Positions 18,273 to 27,942 of a stretch of DNA of 64,000 bases are shown here, in pieces. How positions within the stretch are numbered: position 1 is the stretch's first letter; each line of letters opens with the position of its first letter. Source of the DNA: Vicingaceae bacterium. GTDB lineage: Bacteria > Bacteroidota > Bacteroidia > Flavobacteriales_E > Vicingaceae. A program made the position numbers and the translations under genes. Below the pieces are notes generated by a model. It was not told the DNA's origin. It saw only the letters and a list, made by a program, of their open reading frames with translations, and searched no databases. The stretch spans positions 189,654-253,653 of the forward strand of contig OZ253956.1 of the NCBI GenBank assembly GCA_965267355.1, given 5' to 3'.

Positions 18273-19567
18273 TAAGAAAATGAGTTAACTTTTTTAGCAT
18301 AAAACCATATAAAGCTATAACAAAACATTACCAATATAAAGGCCATTTTAAAACCAGAAACATCCGTAAACAAGCCATACAAAGGCGGAATAAATGCTCC
18401 TCCAACAATTGCTGTACAAAGCAATCCCGAACCTTGTGGTTTTAACTCACCTAAGCCTTCAATAGCCAAACTAAATATGGTTGGAAACATAATGGAGTTA
18501 AACAAACCAACTCCCAATATTGACCACATGGCTACTAAACCAGTTGTTGACATAGTAAGGATTAATAACAGTATTGCTCCAACAGCAAAAAATGCCAACA
18601 CTTTATTGGGTTCATAGGCTTTGGTTAAATATGATCCTATAAACCTGCCCACCATTGCTCCACTCCAATAAAAAGTAACAAATGATGCAACAATTCCTTT
18701 ATCATCAATTAAACTTAAATGTGAACCATGCAACCAAGAAACCAAGTGATTCATAAAATCACTACTCCTAATCACTTCAGCTAAGTTCATATCTAAAAAA
18801 TAGTTAACCAAATAACTGCCAATAGCTACTTCAGCTCCTACATATAAAAATATTCCAACAGCTCCTAAACTCAATCTAGTATGCTTTAAAGCTTTACCGT
18901 ATGATTGAACACTAGAAGTTAATAATTGAGGTAATTTAGATTTCCATACAATAAGAGCCAATAATAATAAAGAAGCTGCCAACACGATAAATGGCATCCT
19001 CACCGCTGAAGCTTCAGAAGTAAAATAAGCCAACTTATCATCATGAGTTAATAATTGTATCTCATCTGAAGTTTTAATGCTATCACTCAATATAAAAATA
19101 GCACCTAAAGCAGGAGCAATAGCAGTTCCTAATGAATTAAAGGCCTGTGCCAAATTTAATCGACTTGAAGCTGTCCTTTCATCTCCCAATACCGTTACAT
19201 AAGGATTAGCTGCCACTTGAAGAATGGTCATTCCTGCAGCCAAAATGAAGTACCCTAACATGAACAGCCAAAATACTCTAACAGATGCTGCTGGTAAAAA
19301 CAACAGACATCCTAATCCCATAACCCCTAGCCCGAGCATCATTCCTCTTTTGTAGCCTATCTTATTCAATAAAGCTCCTGCAGGAATAGATACCACACCA
19401 TAAGCAGCAAAAAAAGCAAATTGAACCAAGCCTGCTTGAAAATAAGTTAACTCAAAAATTTCCTTTAACCTAGGAATTAATGAATCCACCAAAACAGTTA
19501 TTAGCCCCCACATAAAAAACAGGGAAGTAACTACATAAAATGCTTTTTTATAATTTATCTTACTCAT
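18272..19567 (-). CDS. MFS sugar transporter of the L-fucose/glucose-galactose permease (FucP) family
   Basis: 431 aa, 12-TM MFS with a FucP-like N-terminus. Its stop overlaps the GH92 start codon. Confidence 0.75.
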   Translation of the reverse strand: MSKINYKKAFYVVTSLFFMWGLITVLVDSLIPRLKEIFELTYFQAGLVQFAFFAAYGVVSIPAGALLNKIGYKRGMMLGLGVMGLGCLLFLPAASVRVFWLFMLGYFILAAGMTILQVAANPYVTVLGDERTASSRLNLAQAFNSLGTAIAPALGAIFILSDSIKTSDEIQLLTHDDKLAYFTSEASAVRMPFIVLAASLLLLALIVWKSKLPQLLTSSVQSYGKALKHTRLSLGAVGIFLYVGAEVAIGSYLVNYFLDMNLAEVIRSSDFMNHLVSWLHGSHLSLIDDKGIVASFVTFYWSGAMVGRFIGSYLTKAYEPNKVLAFFAVGAILLLILTMSTTGLVAMWSILGVGLFNSIMFPTIFSLAIEGLGELKPQGSGLLCTAIVGGAFIPPLYGLFTDVSGFKMAFILVMFCYSFIWFYAKKVNSFS

Positions 19568-19593
19568 AAAATTCAGGCTAATTTACTATTTTC

Positions 19594-19605
19594 TAAACCG
19601 ATTTA
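19594..19605. promoter_or_regulatory. candidate LacI-family operator TAAACCGATTTA (10/12 palindromic, CG centre) in the lacI/MFS divergent intergenic region
   Basis: Imperfect palindrome seen in the 51-bp divergent promoter region. Confidence 0.25.
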
Positions 19606-19618
19606 GTATTTTTATAGC

Positions 19619-20644
19619 ATGAAAAAAGTTTCTCTAGCTGATGTTGCTAAAAGTCTGGGGGTATCCAAAACCTTAGTTTCACTTGTTTTAAATGGAAAAG
19701 GTGATGAAAAAGGCATCAACAAAGACACCCAAAAGCGTGTTAGAGAAAAAGTAAAAGAACTCAATTACAAGCCTAACCAATTTGCCAGAGGACTGAGAGT
19801 AGGAAAATCCAATACCATTGGTTTAGTGGTAGCTGATATTTCTAATGCTTTTTATGGCAAAATGTGTAGGAGCATTGAAGATCACTGCACTGAAAATGGT
19901 TATAATTTGATTATTTGTAGCTCTGATGAAAACCCCGAAAGAGAATCGGAATTAATAGGAATGTTAATTGACAGGCAAGTAGATGGTTTGATTATTTCTA
20001 CTACCCAGAAAAATAATAGTGACATAAAAATGCTCAGAAAAAACAACTTTCCTTTCGTTTTAATCGATAGGAATGTTGATGCCATTGAAACGAATTATGT
20101 AGTAGTTGATAATATTGATGGTGCCAAACAAGTGGTTAATCATTTAATCAAATTAGGTAATCAAAGAATTGGACACTTAACCATTAGTCCTGCTCACATT
20201 AGTACTATTAAAGAAAGAGTTGAAGGATATAAACAAGCATTGAGAGATAACAATATCTCAGTAAATAATAAACTGATTAAAGAAGTATCTTTTGACAATC
20301 TGAAGACTGATGTTAAAAAACAAGTGAAAGCTTTATTGGCACCTCCTAATAAAGCAACAGCCATTTTTGCTGCAAACAATAATATTGCTGTTGCATGCTT
20401 AGAATGCTTAAATGAAATGGGGTTAAGAATCCCCCAGGATATTGCCTTAGTTAGTTTTGATGATATTGATGCGTTTAATTTATGTTACCCACCTGTTACT
20501 GCTATTAATCAGCCTATTGGCGAAATGGGTAAAAAAGCTGTGAACATAATTTTAGATGAAGTTAAAAACGAAGATAAAGAGCTAAAACCTCAACAACATT
20601 CTCTTAAAACAGATTTAATCATTCGAAAATCTTGCGGTTATTAA
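19619..20644 (+). CDS. LacI family transcriptional regulator
   Basis: N-terminal HTH (VSLADVAKSLGVSKTLVSLVLNG) plus a periplasmic-binding-protein-like sugar-binding domain. Confidence 0.85.
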   Translation: MKKVSLADVAKSLGVSKTLVSLVLNGKGDEKGINKDTQKRVREKVKELNYKPNQFARGLRVGKSNTIGLVVADISNAFYGKMCRSIEDHCTENGYNLIICSSDENPERESELIGMLIDRQVDGLIISTTQKNNSDIKMLRKNNFPFVLIDRNVDAIETNYVVVDNIDGAKQVVNHLIKLGNQRIGHLTISPAHISTIKERVEGYKQALRDNNISVNNKLIKEVSFDNLKTDVKKQVKALLAPPNKATAIFAANNNIAVACLECLNEMGLRIPQDIALVSFDDIDAFNLCYPPVTAINQPIGEMGKKAVNIILDEVKNEDKELKPQQHSLKTDLIIRKSCGY

Positions 20645-21003
20645 ACTTCAGGGTAAAAAGCATCTTTAATGTGATGAATTTCACATGTTACATCATTTAA
20701 AATAACTGAAATAACGTCAAACCTACATTCCAAATCTATTTCATTTTGTTGGATATAATAATCAGCCCCTTCAATCAGATGTTTTTGCTTTTTTAGGTCA
20801 ACTGCTTCTTCAGGATTACCAAAAAAATCTGATGTCCTGGTTTTAACTTCTACAAACACTAAATCGTTTTTATCCTGTAAAATAATGTCTATTTCAAATT
20901 TCTTTTCCTGCCAATTAGTAGCAATTATTTCATAACCTTTATTTAGAAGGTATTTTACAGCTTCTTGCTCTCCTCTTTTACCTAATTGATTGTGTTGAGC
21001 CAT
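20641..21003 (-). CDS. YraN/UPF0102 family endonuclease
   Basis: 120 aa showing the UPF0102 pattern (GEQEAVKYL...GY.I...NW......E.DIIL.....L.FVEVKTR). Confidence 0.7.
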   Translation of the reverse strand: MAQHNQLGKRGEQEAVKYLLNKGYEIIATNWQEKKFEIDIILQDKNDLVFVEVKTRTSDFFGNPEEAVDLKKQKHLIEGADYYIQQNEIDLECRFDVISVILNDVTCEIHHIKDAFYPEV

Positions 21004-21091
21004 AGTTGTGTAAAAGTATTTATTTTTTTGGTAGAGTTTTTGCCCAAGAAATTTCTGAGAATTAGTATTCTTGTTACATAATTAAATTACC

Positions 21092-21727
21092 ATGAAAAAA
21101 ATTAAATTACTTACTACGCTTATTGCTTTATTTTTTGCTGCTAACACATTTGCACAAGCATTTGAAGGAACCATAGAATTTACACGTAAAAATTATTTCG
21201 ATCAAACGAACTACGTTTACTATGTTAGTCAGGGAAAAGTAAAAATTGACGAATTAAACAAAGATGGAAAGATTATGGGAACCATGCTTGTCAGCCTAAA
21301 AGACAAAACTGTTATTGCTATCAACCATGATAGAAAAATGTACATGGATGTTAAAGCTAAATCCAGCACTAAAGACATGAGTATGTGCATGACTTACAAA
21401 AAGAATGAGAAAAAGGACATTTTAGGTTATAGCTGCACAAAGTGGGTAGTTGATAATCCACGATTAAAATCTAAGGCTGAATATTGGGTAATAGAAAAAG
21501 GGAATTATTTCTTTTTTAAAGATTTGCTAGATGCATTAAAACGTAAAGACAAGATTGCTTTGTACTTTATGCAAATAAAAGAAAACGCAGGTTATTTCCC
21601 TATAATGGGTAAAGAAATTGGCTACGATGGTAAAGTTAAAGCTGAGTTTATCACCAATAAAATTACCCGAAAGAAAATTGATGCTAAAGAATTTATTATT
21701 CCTAAAGGCTACGAAAAATTTAATTAA
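21092..21727 (+). CDS. secreted hypothetical protein (DUF4412-like)
   Basis: Signal peptide. Family call is tentative. Confidence 0.3.
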   Translation: MKKIKLLTTLIALFFAANTFAQAFEGTIEFTRKNYFDQTNYVYYVSQGKVKIDELNKDGKIMGTMLVSLKDKTVIAINHDRKMYMDVKAKSSTKDMSMCMTYKKNEKKDILGYSCTKWVVDNPRLKSKAEYWVIEKGNYFFFKDLLDALKRKDKIALYFMQIKENAGYFPIMGKEIGYDGKVKAEFITNKITRKKIDAKEFIIPKGYEKFN

Positions 21728-22616
21728 ACACTAAACTGCATTTTTCATCAACTGATAATTTTGCAGCTGCTCCCATAATCAAAGCTCGGTTATCATCCAG
21801 ATGACCTGCAGGAAAATCAAAACAAACAGGATAGTTGTATTTACTAACTACTGAGTGTATTATTTCTTTGGCTGTATGTCCATAAGGAATAGCATTATCA
21901 TTCATATCAGTCATTCCACCTATCACTAAACCAGCTAAATTTTCTAGCATCCCAGCCCTATCCAAGTTCATCATTATTCTATCAATGTGGTATAAATACT
22001 CATCCAAATCCTCCATAAATAGGATTTTGCCTTTTGTATTTACTTGTGTTTTTGTTCCCGTTAAGCTATATAAAATAGATAAGTTCCCTCCTACTAAAAC
22101 TCCTTCTGCTTTTCCACTAATGTTTAAATCATGTTTAGCAAACTTATAATCTAACAGCTCTCCAAACAGAGCTCCTTTAAGTGAAGTTAATGCTTCTTGA
22201 GTATTACTAGCAAAGTTCAAGGGCATGGTAGCATGCAAGGTTTGAATATTATAATTCTGATTGATGTGATTATGTAACACTGTTACATCACTATAACCAG
22301 CTATCCATTTTGGTAACGCTATAAACTTTGAAAAGTCAATATGGTCAACTAACTGAACCGTTCCGTAACCACCTCTTGCACAAATAACAGCCTTAATTTC
22401 ATCAGTATCTATAGCCCATTGTAAATCAGCTAACCGCTGTTCAACAGTTCCTGAAAACTGATTATCTTCTTGAAACAAATTGGCACCAAAAACAACTTCC
22501 AATCCCCAGGCATTTAACTGTTCAATTGCTGGTTTTAATTCCTCCTCAGAAATCTTTCTGGCAGTAGAAATAATGGCAACTTTATCTCCTTGTTGTAAAA
22601 TGGGTGGTTTTTGCAT
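21720..22616 (-). CDS. ldcA: LD-carboxypeptidase (peptidase S66)
   Basis: S66 pattern with the nucleophile Ser in [11 protein letters not shown]. Confidence 0.75.
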   Translation of the reverse strand: MQKPPILQQGDKVAIISTARKISEEELKPAIEQLNAWGLEVVFGANLFQEDNQFSGTVEQRLADLQWAIDTDEIKAVICARGGYGTVQLVDHIDFSKFIALPKWIAGYSDVTVLHNHINQNYNIQTLHATMPLNFASNTQEALTSLKGALFGELLDYKFAKHDLNISGKAEGVLVGGNLSILYSLTGTKTQVNTKGKILFMEDLDEYLYHIDRIMMNLDRAGMLENLAGLVIGGMTDMNDNAIPYGHTAKEIIHSVVSKYNYPVCFDFPAGHLDDNRALIMGAAAKLSVDEKCSLVFN

Positions 22617-22699
22617 TTTTAAGATTTATAAAATGTAAATTTGCTGCTTTCAAAATAACAAGATTTCTCCACAAGGTTGAGATACCACAACGAGAATTT

Positions 22700-24727
22700 A
22701 TGAACAACAAAAGAGTTACCATAACAGCAGCCTTACCATACGCCAATGGTCCTTTGCATTTAGGACATATTGCGGGATGTTATTTACCTGCTGATATTTA
22801 TTCGAGATATTTAAAAGCGAAAGGTGCTGATGTTGCTTTTGTTTGTGGATCCGATGAGCATGGTGCAGCCATTACGTTGAGAGCGAAAAAAGAGAATACA
22901 ACTCCTCAAGAAATTGTAGATACTAATCACAACATTATTGAAAAAGCTTTCAAAGATTTTGGGATTGAGTTTGATATCTACCACAGAACAACAGCTGAAT
23001 TACATCATCAAACAGCTTCTGAGTTTTTTAAAGATTTAAACGAAAAAGGTTCTTTTATTCAAGAAACATCTGAGCAGTTTTACGATGAAGAACACCAACA
23101 GTTTTTAGCTGACAGATACGTAACTGGAGAGTGCCCTAAATGTGGGCATGATGCTGCTTACGGTGACCAATGCGAGAAATGTGGCAGTAGTTTAAGTCCA
23201 ACTGATTTAATTAACCCTAAATCTACCTTAAGTGGTAAAACACCTGTTTTGAGAGAAACTTCTCATTGGTACTTACCAATGAACAAGCACGAAGATTGGT
23301 TAAAGGAATGGATTGAAACTGGAAAGTTAAATGGAGTTGAACAGCACAATGCTGCTGATTGGAGAAAGCAAGTTATTGGTCAGTGCAAAAGTTGGATAGA
23401 TAACGGATTACAACCAAGGTCGATTACAAGAGATTTAGATTGGGGGGTAAAAGTACCTGTTGAAGGTGGAGATGGAAAAGTTTTGTATGTATGGTTTGAT
23501 GCTCCTATTGGATATATTTCTGCTACTAAAGAGTGGGCAGCAAATAATGGAAAAAACTGGGAAGATTATTGGAAGAATGAGGAAACTGAATTGGTTCACT
23601 TTATTGGGAAAGACAACATTGTTTTCCACTGCATTATTTTCCCAATTATTTTAAAAGAACACGGAGATTACATTTTACCAACCAATGTTCCCGCCAATGA
23701 GTTTTTAAACTTAGAAGGAGATAAAATTTCTACTTCTCGTAACTGGGCAGTTTGGTTACACGAATACTTAGAAGATTTTCCAAACAAAGAAGATGAATTA
23801 CGTTACGTATTAACTTCTATAGCTCCTGAAACAAAGGATAGCGAATTTACTTGGAAAGATTACCAAGCAAGAATCAATAATGAGTTGGTTGCCATTTTTG
23901 GAAACTTTGTAAACCGTTCAGTGGTACTAACACACAAATACTTTGAAGGTAAAGTTCCTGCTTTAGGAAACTTAACTCCTGAAGACCAAGAAGTAATTGA
24001 TAGCATAGCTACTATTCAACAAAAAGTGGATGAATTACTGAGCAAATTTAAGTTTAGAGATGCTCAAACAGAAGCTATGAACTTAGCCAGAATTGGCAAC
24101 AAGTACTTAGCTGACACTGAGCCTTGGAAGTTGATTAAAGAAGATGAAGAAAGAGTAAAAACCATATTGCACATAGCTTTAAAATTAAGTGAAGCATTGA
24201 GCGAAGTGTTTTTACCATTCTTACCTAATACTTGTGCTAAGCTAGAAGGCATTTTAGGTAGAGCTATAGCTGAAGGTCACCAAATTAATAAAGTGGAATT
24301 GTTGTTCCAAAAGATAGAAGATGATGCTATTGAAGCTCAAATTGCAAAGCTGGAAGCAACAAAAATCAAACAATCTAACCCAAAAGCAAAACCGATGAAA
24401 GACGAAATTACTTTTGATGATTTTACTAAAATGGATATTAGAATAGGTACTATTTTAACTGCCGAAAAACATCCAAATGCTGATAAATTGTTAAAGATGA
24501 CTATTGACACTGGTATTGATGAAAGAACAGTAGTTTCTGGTATTGCTGAGCATTACTCACCAGAAGAAGTAATTGGAAAACAAGTATCTGTATTGGTGAA
24601 TTTAGCTCCTCGTAAAATCAGAGGAATTGAATCTCAGGGAATGATTTTAATGGCTGAAAACAATGAAGGCAATTTAGCTTTTGTTTCTCCAGAAAAAGTG
24701 ATTGACAACGGAGGTGAGGTGAGATAA
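22700..24727 (+). CDS. metG: methionine--tRNA ligase with C-terminal EMAP-like tRNA-binding domain; the ORF-track start at 22604 is a spurious extension, the real ATG is at 22700 ([26 protein letters not shown])
   Basis: HIGH motif HLGH, the KMSKS-equivalent, a Zn knuckle CPKCGH...CEKCG, and a tRNA-binding C-terminus. Confidence 0.9.
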   Translation: MNNKRVTITAALPYANGPLHLGHIAGCYLPADIYSRYLKAKGADVAFVCGSDEHGAAITLRAKKENTTPQEIVDTNHNIIEKAFKDFGIEFDIYHRTTAELHHQTASEFFKDLNEKGSFIQETSEQFYDEEHQQFLADRYVTGECPKCGHDAAYGDQCEKCGSSLSPTDLINPKSTLSGKTPVLRETSHWYLPMNKHEDWLKEWIETGKLNGVEQHNAADWRKQVIGQCKSWIDNGLQPRSITRDLDWGVKVPVEGGDGKVLYVWFDAPIGYISATKEWAANNGKNWEDYWKNEETELVHFIGKDNIVFHCIIFPIILKEHGDYILPTNVPANEFLNLEGDKISTSRNWAVWLHEYLEDFPNKEDELRYVLTSIAPETKDSEFTWKDYQARINNELVAIFGNFVNRSVVLTHKYFEGKVPALGNLTPEDQEVIDSIATIQQKVDELLSKFKFRDAQTEAMNLARIGNKYLADTEPWKLIKEDEERVKTILHIALKLSEALSEVFLPFLPNTCAKLEGILGRAIAEGHQINKVELLFQKIEDDAIEAQIAKLEATKIKQSNPKAKPMKDEITFDDFTKMDIRIGTILTAEKHPNADKLLKMTIDTGIDERTVVSGIAEHYSPEEVIGKQVSVLVNLAPRKIRGIESQGMILMAENNEGNLAFVSPEKVIDNGGEVR

Positions 24728-24837
24728 TTATGAATGTTGAATTAAGAATGATGAATTATTTCTATAGCAGAGAAAAGTGCGGTGGCTAATTCAAGAACTG
24801 TGCGAAATATTTAAAATGGAATAAATTTTTATAATTA

Positions 24838-24903
24838 CACCTCCCTAACCCTCCTTTTTAGGAGGAAATTTCTCCCCTAACAAGGGGAGATTAAGAGGGG
24901 TGT
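24838..24903 (+). other. structured intergenic element: tandem hairpins CCTCC-TTTTTA-GGAGG and TCTCCCC-TAACAA-GGGGAGA, with a repeated CTCCC(C)TAAC motif
   Basis: Seen directly in the 188-bp metG/rluB spacer. No U-run follows either hairpin. Confidence 0.3.
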
Positions 24904-24915
24904 AAAAAATAACTA

Positions 24916-25758
24916 ATGGACAGAAAAAAACAACATAAAGACAATAAACCCAAACGTAAAGCTGGTTCTTATAAAAAAGCTCCTTTGCGTAAACCCTCTG
25001 GTAAAAAGAGTAGCAATAACCCACACACTAAAGCCAATGATGGTAAAGTAAGGTTAAACAAGTTTTTAGCCAATGCAGGTATTTGCTCTCGTAGAGAAGC
25101 TGATACTTTAATTAGCACAGGTGTGGTTACTGTAAATGGTAAAATAATTACCGAAATGGGCTTTAAAGTAGACCCTGAAAATGACAAAGTAACTTATGGT
25201 GGAGAAAGCATTAGAGGAGAGAAGAAGGTGTACCTGCTAATGAACAAGCCTAAAGATTTTATTACTACTGTTGATGACCCGTTTGGGAGGAGAACAGTAA
25301 TGCAATTGTTAGGTAAACTAAAACAACGAGTTTACCCAGTAGGGAGATTAGATAGACCAACTACTGGAGTATTGATGCTAACTAATGATGGTGAACTAAC
25401 CAAAAAGTTAACCCACCCTAAATACGCAGTAAAGAAAATTTACCATGTTACTTTAGATAAAAATGTAACCGATAACCACTTAAAACATTTATGCGATGGT
25501 TTTGAGCTGGAAGATGGATTTACCAAAGCTGATGTGGCAGTACATATTGGTGATGGTAAAAAGAAACGTGAAGTAGGTGTTGAATTACACTCTGGTAAAA
25601 ACCGTATTATTCGTAGAATGTTTGCCCACTTAGGATATGAAGTGGTAAAACTAGACCGTGTTTCTTTTGCAGGACTAACTAAAAAGAACCTTGCTCGTGG
25701 ACAATGGCGCTTCTTAACTGAAAAAGAAGTGAATGCTTTAAAGATGCTGCAATCTTAG
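24916..25758 (+). CDS. rluB: rRNA pseudouridine synthase (RsuA/RluB family) with S4 domain and basic N-terminal extension
   Basis: S4 motif RLNKFLANAGICSRREAD and a catalytic GRLDRPTTGVLMLTNDG. Confidence 0.8.
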   Translation: MDRKKQHKDNKPKRKAGSYKKAPLRKPSGKKSSNNPHTKANDGKVRLNKFLANAGICSRREADTLISTGVVTVNGKIITEMGFKVDPENDKVTYGGESIRGEKKVYLLMNKPKDFITTVDDPFGRRTVMQLLGKLKQRVYPVGRLDRPTTGVLMLTNDGELTKKLTHPKYAVKKIYHVTLDKNVTDNHLKHLCDGFELEDGFTKADVAVHIGDGKKKREVGVELHSGKNRIIRRMFAHLGYEVVKLDRVSFAGLTKKNLARGQWRFLTEKEVNALKMLQS

Positions 25759-25806
25759 TATTTATAGCTTTCTAGATACATAGAAAAGGGTTAGAATGAA
25801 GTGATT

Positions 25807-27129
25807 TCACTTCTGTTCTTGTTGATAATGATATAACCATGTTTGGACATCATTATATAATACAATATCTATTGCTTCAGTGGGATTCATATATACCTGC
25901 CCACCGCTTGAAGGTTTACCGAATGGCCATTCTTTTTGCCATGAAGTATCTGATTTATCTAATTTCATATAGAAATTCTTAATCCCAAATTTCTTGAATT
26001 CTCCAGATATAGTATTCTCGCCTAAAATAATTGGGTCATCATCAAACCAATCTAGCTTTCTATAAAAGTTACCAATTACAACATAATCACCACCAAACTC
26101 TTTTTTAATACATTCACCACCCATAGGATAATACATTGCGTTCTCTTCATGCATATGGATTTCTTTAGCAATATGCCCGAGATGAGCAAAAATCCCTATT
26201 CTCTTACCTTTTTCTCTTTCCAATATCCATTTAAGATTATCAAGTTGCCCTTTCTCACGAATATTATAGTCATAATTTCCTTCCCCCTTCATATCATGTA
26301 AAAATTGAACATTTTGTTTTGCGCTAAAAATAGCACGGTTAGCCCAACTATATTCCTCAGCACCATTTAATCTTATATATAAATCAGCATTACGTTGCAT
26401 ATCTAATTCACATTGATCTAAAATATCAAAAATATTTACCCACTGAGCAGAATCAAGATCCCAAAAGTGAGAATCGTTACTATTTATCGAATCCTTGATG
26501 TGAAGATATGGGAGATATGGTTTTATCTGATTTTGAACCTCGTTCCGTTTCTCAGAGTCAACTTCATTCAAATAATTCAATAAATATTCAAATCCTTTCT
26601 TCGCATTTTCGTTGATTGGATTTGGAGCACATCCAGAAATATCGTAGCCATATATATGAACTTTCTTATTTTTTGGCTGATTCACATTATAGGTACGAAT
26701 CCACTCCAAAAGTTCCTTATTCAAGTTTATTTCCCCAAATTTACAGGCCATTCCATTGCTTAAAACTGAATCAATCGAAATGTCAGACCCTAAAACGTAA
26801 TCATACATCAGTTTAGATTCTATCAAACCTGACTCGATAGCTACCAGATCTATACGCTCTTTCATGATTAAAAACTTCCATAACTCGTTTCGAAACTTAA
26901 TTGGTTCATACATTTCATGAGTTCCTTCCGACATCCCAATAATTCTAGCATCCCCTAACATAGGTAAGATATTTGCAAAATATTCACCATTTAATTCATT
27001 AATGTCATCGGGAAGTTGTTGCGGAGCATATTCCGATTGCTGAGTTAGTTGCCAATCCTGATTAAACGAATTCTCTTCTGTACAGGAAAGGAAACACAAG
27101 AATAATAAGACTATTAAACCTAATTTCAT
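25807..27129 (-). CDS. erythromycin esterase (Ere) family lipoprotein
   Basis: Lipobox-like signal LFLCFLSC and the Ere-family N-terminal block ARIIGMSEGTHEMYE...VAIESG. Confidence 0.5.
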   Translation of the reverse strand: MKLGLIVLLFLCFLSCTEENSFNQDWQLTQQSEYAPQQLPDDINELNGEYFANILPMLGDARIIGMSEGTHEMYEPIKFRNELWKFLIMKERIDLVAIESGLIESKLMYDYVLGSDISIDSVLSNGMACKFGEINLNKELLEWIRTYNVNQPKNKKVHIYGYDISGCAPNPINENAKKGFEYLLNYLNEVDSEKRNEVQNQIKPYLPYLHIKDSINSNDSHFWDLDSAQWVNIFDILDQCELDMQRNADLYIRLNGAEEYSWANRAIFSAKQNVQFLHDMKGEGNYDYNIREKGQLDNLKWILEREKGKRIGIFAHLGHIAKEIHMHEENAMYYPMGGECIKKEFGGDYVVIGNFYRKLDWFDDDPIILGENTISGEFKKFGIKNFYMKLDKSDTSWQKEWPFGKPSSGGQVYMNPTEAIDIVLYNDVQTWLYHYQQEQK

Positions 27130-27265
27130 TAAATTATAATTTCTATAAAAATATCATTTCATCCTTTTATCGTGAATTAAAAATTCTTAATTAATGTTAA
27201 ATTCATCGTCTAATTTTTTTATAAATAATAATGCTTACATTCTTATAATAATTTAATTTTAGACG

Positions 27266-27835
27266 ATGGAAAAAAAATATTATCACACCAAAGAATCAGT
27301 TAAAGAATACATTCGGTTAGCAGACGGCATTGATGGTTCAGAGTTGATTGAAAAGCTCCAGCAATATACTTCTAAGAATTCTTCCATACTTGAAATTGGT
27401 TCTGGTCCCGGTAGCGATTGGGAAATATTAAGCAAAAACTATAGTGTTACAGGTTCTGATAATTCTGCTGAATTTATCAAACGCCTTACTGCTAAATACC
27501 CTGATGGAGAATTTTTAGAATTGGATGCTGTTACCCTATTAACCGAAAAGAAGTTTGATGTCATTTATTCTAACAAAGTAATGCATCACCTAACAGATAC
27601 TGAACTAATTGATTCCATTAAAAGACAATATGAAATTTTAAATACTAACGGCATCATATGCCACTCTTTCTGGAAAGGAGAAAGCTCTGAAGTGTTTAAA
27701 GGTATGTTGGTGAATTGTCAAGAAACGGAAAACCTTAAGGAATTCTTTGGCAATCACTTCGATATTCTTTTGCTAGAAAGCTACAAAGAGTTTGAAGATA
27801 ATGATTCTCTTCTACTAATTGGGCGAAAGAAATGA
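27266..27835 (+). CDS. class I SAM-dependent methyltransferase
   Basis: Motif I ILEIGSGPGSDW, small Rossmann-fold methyltransferase. Confidence 0.7.
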   Translation: MEKKYYHTKESVKEYIRLADGIDGSELIEKLQQYTSKNSSILEIGSGPGSDWEILSKNYSVTGSDNSAEFIKRLTAKYPDGEFLELDAVTLLTEKKFDVIYSNKVMHHLTDTELIDSIKRQYEILNTNGIICHSFWKGESSEVFKGMLVNCQETENLKEFFGNHFDILLLESYKEFEDNDSLLLIGRKK

Positions 27836-27942
27836 AATCTACCTTCTCCACAACACCTTGCTAATAAGTTTAGGATTGACCATTCAAAACCTTCAGTTTT
27901 AAAATAGAATTTTAAAGCTTACGTTCTATAGTTAGCGTAAGT

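Noticed and set aside
24728-24915. Possible tRNA or other small RNA gene in the metG-rluB spacer
   Set aside because: No cloverleaf, no GTTCGAATC-like T-arm and no CCA context could be found by eye. It is retained only as an unclassified structured element, not as an RNA gene call.
27836-27942. Hairpin GCTTACG-(12 nt)-CGTAAG abutting the AsmA-like start codon as a possible translational control element
   Set aside because: The stem is only 6 bp with a large loop in AT-rich context, and Bacteroidota initiation does not rely on an SD that it could sequester. Too weak to call.
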